From Octopus bimaculoides (Eukaryota), in NCBI RefSeq assembly GCF_001194135.2, contig NC_069000.1, forward strand, positions 3,012,970 to 3,076,969: a stretch of 64,000 nucleotides of DNA, read 5' to 3'. How positions within the stretch are numbered: position 1 is the stretch's first letter; every line of letters begins with the position of its first letter. Below are positions 13,220 to 27,290 of the stretch, in pieces. The notes beneath the pieces are model-generated. The model saw nothing but the letters and a program-made list of their open reading frames with translations, ran no database searches and was not told where the DNA came from. A program made the position numbers and the translations under genes.

Positions 13220-14244
13220 CATATATATATATATATATATATCAAACATAATATAGGAAATAGGAATAAAGAAGTAGTTTGATAAATGTAAAGACGTTCT
13301 GATGAAACGAATAAAAATATCTAAAATATATAAAAAGAGATAGAGGGGAAAAAGTCATAAATATGAGTGTTGAAGAAGATATATTGAAAGAATTGGTTAC
13401 AATAAAACAAATAAGTAAAAAGCCATAAAAACAATTGAAGTAAGATGGTGAATGTTGATGGTAAGATTTGAAAACATGAAACGAAAATAAAAGTGGCATA
13501 CGTGACTCTTAAAAAAGAAAGCTTACGCCAATTGATTGAGTGTAATCATTCTTCTGCCTATTCACTCATACTCGCTTCAGGTTTTAATTTTAACTCTCAG
13601 GTCCTCAATCTTTCTCTTTCTACACAGGCAGACAGACAGACAGACACACACACACACACACACANNNNNNNNNNNNNNNNNNNNNNNNNNNNNNNNNNNN
13701 NNNNNNNNNNNNNNNNNNNNNNNNNNNNNNNNNNNNNNNNNNNNNNNNNNNNNNNNNNNNNNNNNNNNNNNNNNNNNNNNNNNNNNNNNNNNNNNNNNNN
13801 NNNNNNNNNNNNNNNNNNNNNNNNNNNNNNNNNNNNNNNNNNNNNNNNNNNNNNNNNNNNNNNNNNNNNNNNNNNNNNNNNNNNNNNNNNNNNNNNNNNN
13901 NNNNNNNNNNNNNNNNNNNNNNNNNNNNNNNNNNNNNNNNNNNNNNNNNNNNNNNNNNNNNNNNNNNNNNNNNNNNNNNNNNNNNNNNNNNNNNNNNNNN
14001 NNNNNNNNNNNNNNNNNNNNNNNNNNNNNNNNNNNNNNNNNNNNNNNNNNNNNNNNNNNNNNNNNNNNNNNNNNNNNNNNNNNNNNNNNNNNNNNNNNNN
14101 NNNNNNNNNNNNNNNNNNNNNNNNNNNNNNNNNNNNNNNNNNNNNNNNNNNNNNNNNNNNNNNNNNNNNNNNNNNNNNNNNNNNNNNNNNNNNNNNNNNN
14201 NNNNNNNNNNNNNNNNNNNNNNNNNNNNNNNNNNNNNNNNNNNN

Positions 14245-14290
<46 letters not shown>

Positions 14291-16566
14291 TGTGTATATA
14301 TAAATATATACTTTTACACAGATATCCACACACATGTTTTCTTTTCAGCTCTACTTGCCTATTGTGTAAGTGGATACGTGTGTTTATTGTAATGAATATG
14401 TTTATTTCTCACGAAATATTTTTATGTTTTTGCTAAGATAATACTGTTGTATCATAATGAATATATATTTCAAAAATATTATCATGACCGAAACCACGTA
14501 AACTAGTACTATCATTAAAATCGTAATTTGTCATCATCAAAAATGTCATCATCATCATAATCATAATATCTTTCAACGTTTTTGTCATTATTACCATCGT
14601 CAACGCCACTATCATCATCAACAGCAAAAACAGTACCAGAATTCATATTTTGTATCTTAACTATATACGCTGTTAAGCAATTACAGAAATCTATCAAACA
14701 TAGCCGTCGTTTTATCAAATATGACATATGTTCGTTGATTAGTTTAGCGAATTCTAACATTATTTGTGTTTCTCGTACATATATACATTCCATTCTCTGT
14801 CATCAGACACACTCACATATACTTTTACGTATACAAGTTGTTTATTTTGATAGTCTTCGGAACTACATCATACTTCGCATATTCGGATTACACAGTGATG
14901 AGTGGTTATCCACTTCATACAATGTGACTTGTTCAGTGAACTATTGTTTTAGAAAAAATAATATTCAAAGCAGGCAGCGATATAATCGAGCTATCATCAT
15001 CAGAGAAAACTTCACTTTCGTTAACGTTCATGATCAGTTTTAGATTTTAACCTGACATTCCTCAACTTACCGATTTAACAGTCGTCGAAGTTTTACAACC
15101 CTCCGACAATCATAGACCAATGTTTCCCCATTGCTGTTATAGTGATGTAGCCAGCCCTAATGGCATTGTCTGTTGCAGAATATACAGTTATGTTACACTG
15201 ACCAAAGGAAATCGTTGTGCTTCTTCTTTCATAGAAATACAGCTTCATGCTGACATTTTCCTCTACCATCATCGATATTATAACCATCATCGTGATTATC
15301 CTCCTCATCATAATCTTCATCGTCATTCGTTATTTCAACATTATTCACTATGAGAAATATAATCGATAAATATAATTAAAAGAGAAATTGTAATATTTGG
15401 CATTTCTTTAGCGACAACTAAAAGGAATGGCGTAAAAATACTAATAATACAAAATATGACAAGACTGTTGTCATTTCAGGGAACTGCCATTTCTAGCGTG
15501 ATTTAGCTAGCGATAACAGAACAATTCATCCGAAGAATGAATCTCCAATCGGTTAGTGTTTTAATATCCAGGGAAGCGTATTTCTTAAAATATTTTTCAC
15601 TTTAATTTTTACAGACGAATAGAAAAAAATATATAAATGGATGACGCGTAACAATAAATAATTCTATCACATCGAAAATGATAACCTATTGGAAATTTCT
15701 GGGAAAGTTTAATATTTCTTTCTGACCTGTTAATAATTGAACGAGCGTGCAAATTGGTCAACACCAATAGGAAAACGAGTGACACTTCGTGTTGTGTTCA
15801 TTACATTGCGTCTGTCTCTAAATAACTTCAGTCGAACCAATATAACAAGGTTGATTGTTCACTGCTACCAAATGCTAACATCGATAATGTGTGTGATGTG
15901 AAAGGGAGAGGTGCGTTTAAGACTATGCGCTGTATGGCCTGTTCTATATTTATTGATAGTTGTTGCAGGAGTGTATTTTGAATGATTAACTATTCTCATA
16001 ACAAATATTATAACGAGGATTCCTAACGACAGTAGATTGTTTTGTTTCTTCTGATGCTAAACATTCGAAGTTCAAATTACGAGACAATCAGTTTTGGCAG
16101 TCATCCTAGCGGTGTCGATAACATTATCAACAATCCAAGTATTATGGTCAGTATTGCACGACAACAACTCTATCTTGATTATGAGGATTGTGTCTGCTTG
16201 AAAACAACACATTGAAGTAAAGTCTTTTACAGTCACTAGGTGCATTCTACATGGTGAGTGAATCTACTAGAAATAATACCATTGACTCCATTAAAACACA
16301 TACAAACGTCACATTTTGCGGTGTTGCTGCACAAAACCGCTCGAGTAGATTGGTGTAGGACTCAACAAAACATACAACAAAAGCGATAAAACAAATATTT
16401 ATTGTATATATATATGTTATTATTGGCAAAGGCGTATCTGTTGTGATGCATGCGTTTACTTGCTACTCGCATGCGGACTGAATATAAAATTGCTTAAAAT
16501 TGGTAATTTTCTTAAAACAGAACATATTTACACGCAGTCAAATTATGTATACACGCACAAACACAC

Positions 16567-16639
<73 letters not shown>

Positions 16640-17997
16640 CGTGTGTGTGTATGTGTGTGTGTGTGTACACTATAAGAGGAAATATAATGTAGCACTGTAA
16701 AATTTAAATCAGCTATACTTCGATTTTCATAACAAGAAGCGATTGCGATCGTATTTCGATTTGATCTTGTGTATTTGAAGGTGATTCAAAAGGAACCTTT
16801 GTCCATGAACATGACCCTGAAAATGAGTATTATTGTTGAGTAAAATAATATTGTATCTTAGAGCAGTCCCCATGACTAGCCCTACTCGCCCCACTTTCGG
16901 CCATGTAATCTAACACGTGTAGAATTAGATTCCCTTATTTTTGTGTATGGTACGTACAGCTAGTTGTTGTAAACAAACGAACACTCATTTTGTTATTGTC
17001 ACGTTTGTTTGCAGATTACTGACTTCATTCGCAGAATAAGATAGAGAGAGGAGAGAAAATGACACTCTATATGTGCCAACCATAAATAGTCCAAGATAAA
17101 TTACAAGAATCTGAAATCTCTAGCAGAAAGTCAATAATTCAATACAAAATTATGATTAATTCCTTTGTTCAGTGAAATAAGGAAAAATAAAGACCTAGTT
17201 TAGAAATACATCGAACGTTTAAGATCAACGGAAAAACATCAACTTGAAGAAGACTGCAATATTGTAGAATAAATATATATACATTTACGAGTAATGCAAT
17301 TGAGAAATATATATATTATTCGACAAGTGAGGAACCACTTTTAACATTAATCAATAAGTACAACTCTCATCTCTGTATAAACTATTGTTCGTTACTAACT
17401 TAGTCGTCAAAACACCTTGCTTAGTTGGCTATCTTACTTATATTCCAACAGGCAAAAGTTGTTTTCTCTCGCTGTTTCATCGCTGGTGAAGTGTAGCGAC
17501 ATGAAACGTTATATCTGAAATTATTGGAATGTTTGAATTTATGGATTTATTGTTATTCTAAGGACATCATCAATGTCACAACTGTGGTAGTTGTTATTCT
17601 TTTAGTTACAAGTCTGCAAAGATGAGTACATGTAACATCGAAAGTGTTGTAAACTGATTATTCTATTATAGCTTTCACATGCGCTCTAAGATAATATTTA
17701 AAGTTTGTCTTTACCACACACACATATAGACGAATATTTGACGTTGCTTATTCTATGACTTCTGCTCTCTATATCATTATATGCGTGAGTGTGTGTGTGA
17801 ATATGTGTGTATGCATACTGATAAATAAATCTATACATGTCTATGTATATCTATGTATAGTCGGTACTCGCATACATATACAAACACGTAGATTGATTGG
17901 GAGATAGGTAGGTGGATAGATACAATTACATACACACACATATGTAGTGAGGGAGACAGAAAGAAAAGTAGAGGTAAAGAAAAAGATGCATATATGA

Positions 17998-18035
<38 letters not shown>

Positions 18036-18048
18036 TAGAGAAGGGAAG

Positions 18049-18121
<73 letters not shown>

Positions 18122-19487
18122 TGGACACGTAAGCTCAAACACATAGAAAGCGAAGTTACTCCGATTGCAAGAATAGATTAAAAGAATGATTTCTAAAAAA
18201 GAAAGTAAAATATAGACATTAAAGAAATAAAATCTGCTACAAAATGTTCGCCAGTTAGAAATGTTAGAAATGTCTTTATATATTAAATCTTTCGTCTGTT
18301 ATTTTTGCTATATCCTTTTTCCTATTCATTATTGTTTTTTGAGTTTTCTCTTTTATTTAGTTTTGGTATTATTTAAAAAACGATTGAATATGGTGAAAAT
18401 GAAATGAGTAGTGAAGTGGGTTTAGAATTCACTTAATACTTCATGCATTACAACAATCCAGTTTACTGTTGAGATATACAGATACTCACATTTGTACATA
18501 TATGCATACATACTACACACACATTATATATGTATGTATTTATATGTACATATTAAACACATACATGCACATGAATCGATGTATCTCAGCACGCCGGTGT
18601 TTGTGTGTTTGTGTGTGCGCGTGCACGTGTGTACTTATATGTATATGTGTGTGCCACGTGTGCAAATGGTTGTGTGTGTGTGCGCCCATGTTTGTGAATT
18701 AAAGATTAAGGAAATCGAATTTAAAGAATTTGTGTTCGCAATCAGAAGCGAACGGTTTCGATCTCAACTGCCTTATCGCCGGTACGTTGAAATAATGCTC
18801 TGAAGAACTTTATAAAACCATATTATTCCCTAGATAAATCTCGGCACACAGTTGTATCTGAAACATAAGCAACAGAATCCTCGGGCGCTTACAGTATGTT
18901 TTAGTAACCAATTAATTCAGTTGGTTTTACAACTCGAAAAAGATCATCGTCGAAGTTGACGGAGCATACATAATCTTTAAATTCATGTCCCTTTTGTGTT
19001 TGACTATGGGTATACGTGCACATATATTATTTAAATCTAAACGCGCACCACTGGTATGGCGATGTAATGTAAGAAGAAGGAAAAAATAAATATTTAGTAT
19101 ATTCTCTTAACTGCAAGCAATATCATCATTAATTAGCAAATATATGTGAGAGTAATATAAATTGAAATGACACACTAAGTGTGCAAAGCCTATAAGGCAT
19201 GGAGTTACTTAGCTTCAACAGAAATCAATCAACCAATGGTGGAGATAAAAACGTACAAACATGCATGCATATCAACAGAGATATAAAGCTTTGTATGAAA
19301 ATGTGTAAATATATACACACACAAACATACTTATAGTAGTGTAGCAAAGTGTGTATATATCACGTGTCATATTTCAAAGAATCGATGCACTATTAACATA
19401 CATTCAATAGCTAAAGAAACGTCTCTTATAAGCTGACATATTATAATGTGTATGACCTACATGTCATTTTAGGACTACAACAATGCA

Positions 19488-19540
19488 CAGTATTACCTCG
19501 GTTTTCGAACAACTCTGATCACGAACATATCGTGCTTTAT

Positions 19541-19587
<47 letters not shown>

Positions 19588-19854
19588 TATATAGATAGAT
19601 ATATATATAGATAGATATATATATAGATAGATATATATATAGATAGATATATATAGATAGATATATATAGATAGATAGATATATATAGATAGATATATAT
19701 AGATANNNNNNNNNNNNNNNNNNNNNNNNNNNNNNNNNNNNNNNNNNNNNNNNNNNNNNNNNNNNNNNNNNNNNNNNNNNNNNNNNNNNNNNNNNNNNNN
19801 NNNNNNNNNNNNNNNNNNNNNNNNNNNNNNNNNNNNNNNTATATATATATATAT

Positions 19855-19905
<51 letters not shown>

Positions 19906-19957
19906 TAAAGCCCGATTTGTTCGTGATCAGAGACGTTCGTAAATAGAGGTAATACTG
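19488..19957. mobile_element. Tc1/mariner-pogo-like MITE with ~55-bp TIRs and a (GATA)n/(GATATATATAGATA)n core
   Basis: Left TIR cagtattacctcggttttcgaacaactctgatcacgaacatatcgtgctttatat (19488-19542). Right TIR atataaagcccgatttgttcgtgatcagagacgttcgtaaatagaggtaatactg (19903-19957), followed by TA. CAGT termini with TA flanks are typical of Tc1/pogo. The left flank is CA, read as a mutated TA. Confidence 0.75.
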
Positions 19958-20300
19958 TACTACTGTATATGAGAAAGACATGAGATAAAGCAGGATTTAT
20001 CTAAAGCACAACTCAGAGTTGTTCAAAAACCGAGGTACTACTGTACTGATAAATATTTAGAAAAGTTTGTGTATGTTTACATGCATGTTATATACACAAA
20101 CACACACACGTGTGTGAACATATATATGCGTTTTATATATGTATGTGCGATTTCATGTGTTCGTGTATAAGTAACAAGATGAAATGAACAAACTACGACC
20201 ACAAAATGTAATAATTGTTCCTGTGCAAAACTAACAGCTGACTTTTAATTAAATTCTAAAACCCTTTCCCACTGACTACATACATATTACTTACAGACTT

Positions 20301-20918
20301 CCTCCACGGCATAGTGGTTATCCTAGCAGGACAATTTTTGCTTGCAGACTGAACCCTAAAACTGATTAAAACAGCCTCCGTAGATGTGTCAATGAATGCG
20401 GCCAAATTAAGCATTTACGTCTTGTCCGGGATATTGTTACAGGATTTACACGACGTTATAATTTTATAGAGTATGAAGAGGAGTCTTCCCTACGAAAGGC
20501 CTTCGTTCAAGCGAATAAATCTCTGCTGGATGGTTCTGAAATATTCGTTGATTTTGAACGGGAACGAAGTTTGAAAAAACTGGGTTTTAGATAGACGTTG
20601 AAGGGGTTTCTGGTGGAAATAAAGGGCCAGGGGAATTGCGTCTTGGTGGTAGAGAACGGCCGTTTAAGAAGCTTATTCAGATAGTAACAGTGGATATAAC
20701 AAAAAATGGGACGACAAAGAGAGCTCCCAAAAGAATAGGATTTTCGACACAAAGATGGAGGGAAGTATTGCCGGATTGGTAGTAGAGAATTTAGAGATAG
20801 AGGGGACAGAGGTGGGAGTTCTGAGAGGAGCTATAGAAGTAGAGGAAGAGGGAGGGAGAGTTTAAAATGTAAAGATAGAGACATAGGTTATAGAAATGAA
20901 GAGAGAAGAAATAGATGA
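20301..20918 (+). pseudogene. SNRNP35: Disabled copy of U11/U12 snRNP 35 kDa protein (RRM plus R/D/S-rich tail)
   Basis: Manual translation gives GYPSRTIFACRLNPKTD*NSLRRCVNECGQIKHLRLVRDIVTGFTRRYNFIEYEEESSLRKAFVQANKSLLDGSEIFVDFERERSLKK, frameshift, WVLDRR*RGF, frameshift, GGNKGPGELRLGGRERPFKKLI, and tail FRHKDGGKYCRIGSREFRDRGDRGGSSERSYRSRGRGRE..RNR*. This aligns with SNRNP35 as I recall it ([63 protein letters not shown]). Stops lie at 20367 and 20599, with at least 2 frameshifts. Confidence 0.88.
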
Positions 20919-21915
20919 AAATAAATTATTTAATTTATTATTTTCAAGACGATGGAACATAAGAAATGAGAAAGTACCAGATTAAACACTTGATAGTGTT
21001 TAATTTCATCCATCTAAGTTCTGAGTTCAAATCAGACTGAGATCAATACTAGTTGCAAATATCGATTATGTATGAGGGAAATACAAGTTGTCAAAATAAG
21101 CCTGACGAGATTTAAACGTACATATGTACTCTATTAAAATGTACTCAATGATATTTCATTTTAATATTAAATTGTTTTAGAAATAAAAGAAGCACAGCCA
21201 TTGACATGTGTGTGTATCTACGCATTTGTTCCGGAAAGATTGATTGTTGTCCATATATGTGTATATGTGTACGTGGAAAAGCATGTATATATATATATGC
21301 ATTAATACAAACATACATATGTATGTGTATCTGGGAGTGTAAATGGATGAATGGATTGATAGATTCATCTGTGTGTGTGTGTCTATGTACTTATACATTT
21401 ATGGAAATGAGTGCTTCACAAGATTACTACAACCATTCTACATTTCAATTCGTTTTAAAAAATTGATACGAAGCCAATTTCTGGTGTAACCCTGTCATGC
21501 ATTAATATCGGGAAAAGAAAAAAATAACTACTAACTACAAAATAGTGATAAAAAATATGCATATCGAGAACAGAAAAAAATGCATATAGAATATTAAAAA
21601 AGAATTCTTCCCGACAATATACGGTCGTCATTGTATGGGTGAGAACAATTGATGAAACTATAAATTATGGAGACAATATTAAAAAGTGATAATTGTATAG
21701 GACTATATATACCCGTATTTTATTTAGTGAAAAACATAATGAAATCCTGCTTTTGCTGTGACTTGTGTCATGGATGGTGTTCGTTATTTAATGAGCTTTT
21801 CTGCTGCCGTTGATTTACAGCACGTGCTAGATTACATTTTTTGTCATAAAGTACATTTACGAATGCATGTATCCACGTTTATGCATATATATATGTATGC
21901 ATATANNNNNNNNNN

Positions 21916-21960
<45 letters not shown>

Positions 21961-23098
21961 CATATATACATTTATATGTATATATGTAAATATATATATA
22001 TGCACATATGTATAAACATACATACATCAACATATATATGTATGTGTATATATATATATGTGTGTGTGGGTTTACATCTATTTATACATGCACACGCGTG
22101 CACGAGACTTGTACATGGTGTCATACCCTACTCGTTTATATACGCAGGTATATACATGCACTCATACATTAAACGATAGTAAATGTGTAAGACAAAGTGA
22201 CAAAAAAGACATATAGAAAAACAGGAACGGAGAACGCGTGAGAAAGAGAGAGAATGAGAGAGACAATGAATAAACGACTTCATGTCATTCTTATGTATGT
22301 TTCCCATTGTTAAACGAAGCGTAGGACTTTACTTGCAATGCTTAATACTGTTGCTGTTGTTGTCGTTGGTGATCGTCTTTCTATTGTTGTTGTACTTAGT
22401 TCTTTTTCTTCCATTCTATTTACACTTTGTTTTCAGTTATTTCTTTAGAATAGAAAGAGGCCAATAAACAGGAGATTGGTTCTATGAAACTTCCGCTGAC
22501 AGATAAATCAATATAGCCTTTTCTACTGTAATTCTTTGCTAGATATCACCTCACAATCATTGGCTCTACAAGTCTACGTGTATCCAGCAGGTAGTTGATT
22601 CACAGCGAGATAATACAAGGCACGTTGAATGTGAGAGGAACACCGAAAGGGAGACAAATGGAAGAGAAAGAGAGAGTTAGGGAGAGAGAGAAAGGAAGAA
22701 AGAAAGGCAAAGTGGGAGAAAGAGAGAGCGATATGGCTTACTGGGAGTGAGAAAGTGAAAAACAAATTGAAGAATTTAGTATTAGAACATATCTCAAAGC
22801 TGGTTAATAGAGGATGGGCGAAAATAGTCAGAATCAGGCTGGTTTGTTGAAGTTGCAACAAATAATACTTACCAGAAAAGTTAATGCTTTCGTCTCCGAC
22901 AAAAATTTTATTTTGTAACTAATTGCAAAGGACTGCTAGTACATGAGCATTTGAAGGAACTTAAGGATGAGAATAACACGCCAAGCAGGTAGACGGGGAC
23001 TCTCTCAACAATAGTCGAGGGATTACTTTACGTATATATAATATTCGTAATTTTTATATATTTCTGTGTTATTAATTAACTGTGTTACTAAGTTACTG

Positions 23099-23287
23099 AT
23101 TTCTTTATTGCCCACAAGGGGCTAAACATTGAGGGGACAAACAAGGACAGACAAAGGGATTTAGTCGATTACTGGTACTTAATTTATCGACTCTAAGGAA
23201 TGAAAGGCAAAGTCGACTTCAGCGGAACTTGAACTCAGAACGTAACGTCAGATGAAATGCGGCTAACGTTTTTGCCAGCTCGCCGCC
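23099..23287 (-). mobile_element. SINE family 1 with 19-bp target-site duplication
   Basis: Same sequence as 1462-1689, ending ..gccagctcgccgcc. ctgtgttactaagttactg lies at both 23080-23098 and 23287-23305. Confidence 0.92.
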
Positions 23288-23966
23288 TGTGTTACTAAGT
23301 TACTGTGTTTCTAACGACATCACCAACCATTTTTCATACGTGCACTCACCNNNNNNNNNNNNNNNNNNNNNNNNNNNNNNNNNNNNNNNNNNNNNNNNNN
23401 NNNNNNNNNNNNNNNNNNNNNNNNNNNNNNNNNNNNNNNNNNNNNNNNNNNNNNNNNNNNNNNNNNNNNNNNNNNNNNNNNNNNNNNNNNNNNNNNNNNN
23501 NNNNNNNNNNNNNNNNNNNNNNNNNNNNNNNNNNNNNNNNNNNNNNNNNNNNNNNNNNNNNNNNNNNNNNNNNNNNNNNNNNNNNNNNNNNNNNNNNNNN
23601 NNNNNTATATATATATATATATATATGCGTAGGTGCCTGCATGAAGTTATCTGTGCATACGAGCTAATTTGCATGTAAACTTGTTAATTTATGCATGAGT
23701 GCTTTAGTATGACGATCGATATACGTAGGATTGCTCTCGGCATCTTGAACTAATTTCGAAATTCTCATTTCACATCCATCTACACGCTTCAAATCATCCC
23801 TTCTTCCATATATGCACGCATATAAATATACAATCTGATATATATATATATATATAAATACACATATATGTACTTATATGTATATATACACACATATATA
23901 TATACATATATATTCATATATATACGTATTTGTATACATATATATACATATATTTACACATATGTA

Positions 23967-24014
<48 letters not shown>

Positions 24015-27000
24015 CACGCACGCACACCAATCATACCCAACAATTGAAATAATGAGTGACTTTGTTTTTATTGTGCGTTTCAATGTTTCTTTTTTTTTAT
24101 TAGGATATGTATATTTTATCATGTATCTCGTCATTTCGTTTTTAATTTCCGCCATGCTGATAAACATTTTCACTACATAATACCGTGTGATATTCACATA
24201 TTCAATATTGTAAATGCGCACTTCTACAACTACTGCCATTGATACTACTACTAATGATAATAATAGTAATAATTATAGTAATAATAATAATACTCTCTTC
24301 CATTATTTTACATGAATAAATATTTTATTATTGCATGGCCATCCATACATGTATGTATTGTCAATAACGAAATGTCCAATATCTCTGCAATACATCGCTT
24401 AGAATTACTTCATCAATTATTCACGTGATTGCCAATCTAACGTCTGTAATCTAAGAAGATTGCATTTGCAGTGTCATGTGTGGCTAGTTTTCATTCTTAA
24501 TATCCGCACAGCCGTTGCTGCTTTGCCTATGCGATCTTGGTCCGTCTGGTGACTTTAATTTTGATACTCAAGGGTTGCGATAGTGAGTGAAACAGCCTAA
24601 CCACTTGGCCACGCTCAATGCGAAATTTCGATCTGAATAATAACGGAGAAATTATTTCGACGTAGTAATATAAGCCGACTAAAAACCTGATGCAAAAATA
24701 GTCAGACAATTGAATGGCAACTGTGGGTTCTTAAATAATTATCTGTTATTACAAATGTTTGGCATTCATTACTGGAATATAAGATTGTCTAATATTGCTG
24801 TTTATTATTAAACATTAATTTATACTAGTTAATTCAACTGCTCAAGGCGATCTGGTTAAACTGCCAATTTTGCCAACAGTAATGATTGTCAGTATAGATA
24901 TCTAATTTAGATTCTTGTCAGATATATGAGGGAAACGAAATACGATTTTGTTCTATGATAATTGCTTTTCTGGAAGGCATTAGCATTCTGTTTGTCACTT
25001 GTGTGAGTGTATGTGTGTTCGTGTGTGGTTTAAAAAGTAGGAAAAGGGCTGCGTCAATGGCGTTTTACAATGACTTCTGTGTCTGGAGGAAGGAAGGTAA
25101 AATTTAAGCACATATGTTTTCACACGTACAATGAAAGTTGGTGAGAAACTGGGAACAAATGTTTCTTTCTGATTTAGATACCCTGGCAGCATAATTTAAA
25201 TGTTGGTAGGAAAATAGGGTTGGCACGATGACGCAAAAGGTCCAGAAAATATCAATGAAAAGCATTCATTTCTAATGTGTTTTCAATCAAAGTCAATGTA
25301 TCTCTTTCTTACCAAACTTAGCTACAGTAGTAGTTCTGTATTTTCGTTCAACATGGGACACCCAATGTCACACATCACTTAACGTAGTATGCTAGTCAGA
25401 GTAGAGAAGTGTTTTTTGCGGTCTTACAACAGGCGACATTTAAATCTACATCTCTCGAGCATTTATAACCAAGATTTCGCGATTTTTATTTGAACTGCAG
25501 TAGAAAATATTCGTCGCACAATCGAATCACTTCACGGTAATAACAATCAACTTCTGTCATTCAAATTCAAAATTGCTAACGACTAGCGCCACGCTTGAAA
25601 CTCAAGACTACCAAGGAATTTGAATCAAACCGTTTTGATCCATACATGTACCTACCAATAAATTGGTTAATTGTCCTTCTTTCGTTTGTTCACTAACTCA
25701 TATATATCTATATGAGTAACTGGACACTATGCACAACATAACCGAAAGAACGGTGGCTGTGACTCTTATACTCAAATCTGCTCTTGATGGCGAGTCGTTT
25801 CTACTGAGGCATCGTCGTACCGAGGCACACAGTAGCAATAATTGTGATTTACATGCCTTTTTGCCGCGCCGTTCAATACGTGAATGATTTCAATTGTTCT
25901 ATAACATTTAATGCCATTCATTGATTTTCTCCTGATGCTTACTTGATTTGGAATGCCGCCAATATTGTTTCTAAACCTCATGATTAAACACACACACACA
26001 CAGACACACACACACACACACACTTGCATGCTTTTTCCTAGAAGGTGAGTTGCGTTTTTTTGTTGTTTGTTCCTACTCATTTTTTTCTACTCATTAGTGA
26101 CATATGGTTTTTGTTTTCTTTGTTTTTGATTTTCATTAAATCTAATAGAATCTAGTAGAACAATTTAAATCGCTGTTGCCAAATGAACTATATGGTAATA
26201 TAATCGATATATGATAAATTATGATTAATGGAATATCTAATACATATTTCCTTCCAGTTATTTTAAGCACTGCAAACGACGGTAATTTGATGTATATTAC
26301 GTGTAAATACGCATTAATTGTTGGTCGATGCCCAAGTATACCATAATATGATATATATACATATATATATATATTCTGTTATGTATAATATCCATTAATA
26401 GGTGCTGGTAGCATTAGTAAGTATGGATATCATTTGATATAGAGTATCATGGATATCAGTAGAAAGAAATGGAGGGGGCGGTCGATTTGTCTGAAATAGC
26501 AGTCATATCTGCTTCAGATCACTTCGTCTGTTTTTAAACATCCGGAATCCGAGGTGTCAATTTTAGAATTTAAATACAACGCGGAAGAGGAAAGAACGAA
26601 ATGACGGGGATATTGAACATTCCTCCATTTGCGCATGTATATATTATAGTCTTTCTTTGTGTGTGTGTGCCTGACAAGACATAGGCAAAGTTTTGTGTAA
26701 TGGTTTCAAAGTTTCAAGTGCCTCTTTGTAAAAGACCATGTGCAAGTCTCCAAGCTAATTTCTTTATCTAATTACCAAATTACTGAGAATTTTGTGGCTA
26801 TTATTCCTCATACTTCGTTGAACGAAGGTGCATCATTTTGAGCATACGTGTGTACAGAATTTATGCCTATATAGATACACGCACATTTATATAGTTTACT
26901 CTTTGAAGAACGATATAATAAAAATATAAATCACTTTAACACTTAGATTGATATACACATGGAGGAACAACCAGTCACAGGTGGCATTTTTTATTATTAA

Positions 27001-27231
27001 ATTCCTTTAAAGAATGAGGACATTCTGTATTGGTGAAGACTTTCTTTCATGTTCTGATATTTTCCTAACAAAAGTAGCTGATCCGGTCAATTTCGCGTAG
27101 TTTTCCTGCTTCTACAGAAACGAAGTTGCAGCTGCTAGTTCGTTCTTAATTTACTATTTTATTACTTTCTACAGTTACATGCAAAAATCAGTCACATTAC
27201 CAGTGTCTTTAATAAAAGCAGTGTTGAAATA

Positions 27232-27288
27232 TTTGAAGATTTAACCACAGTAACTCCTTTTGAAGATTTAACCACAGTAACTCCTTTT
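27232..27288. repeat. 27-bp direct tandem duplication
   Basis: tgaagatttaaccacagtaactccttt occurs at 27234 and 27261. Confidence 0.95.
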
Positions 27289-27290
27289 AA

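Noticed and set aside
10600-14392. Long ORFs of 250-475 aa in the ORF track (also near 23.3, 28.8, 32.5, 35.4, 36.9 and 44.3 kb)
   Set aside because: They are read-throughs of N-runs and (AT)n/(CA)n repeats giving YIYI, HTHT or CVCV text, not proteins.
20301-20918. Calling the RRM pseudogene SNRNP70 (U1-70K)
   Set aside because: The RLVRDIVTGF and GELRLGGRERPFKK segments match U11/U12-35K rather than U1-70K as I recall both sequences.
26030-26052. ctttttcctAG|AAG|GTGAGT, a possible 3-nt microexon
   Set aside because: The pyrimidine tract is only ~9 nt and sits next to a CA repeat, which is insufficient support.
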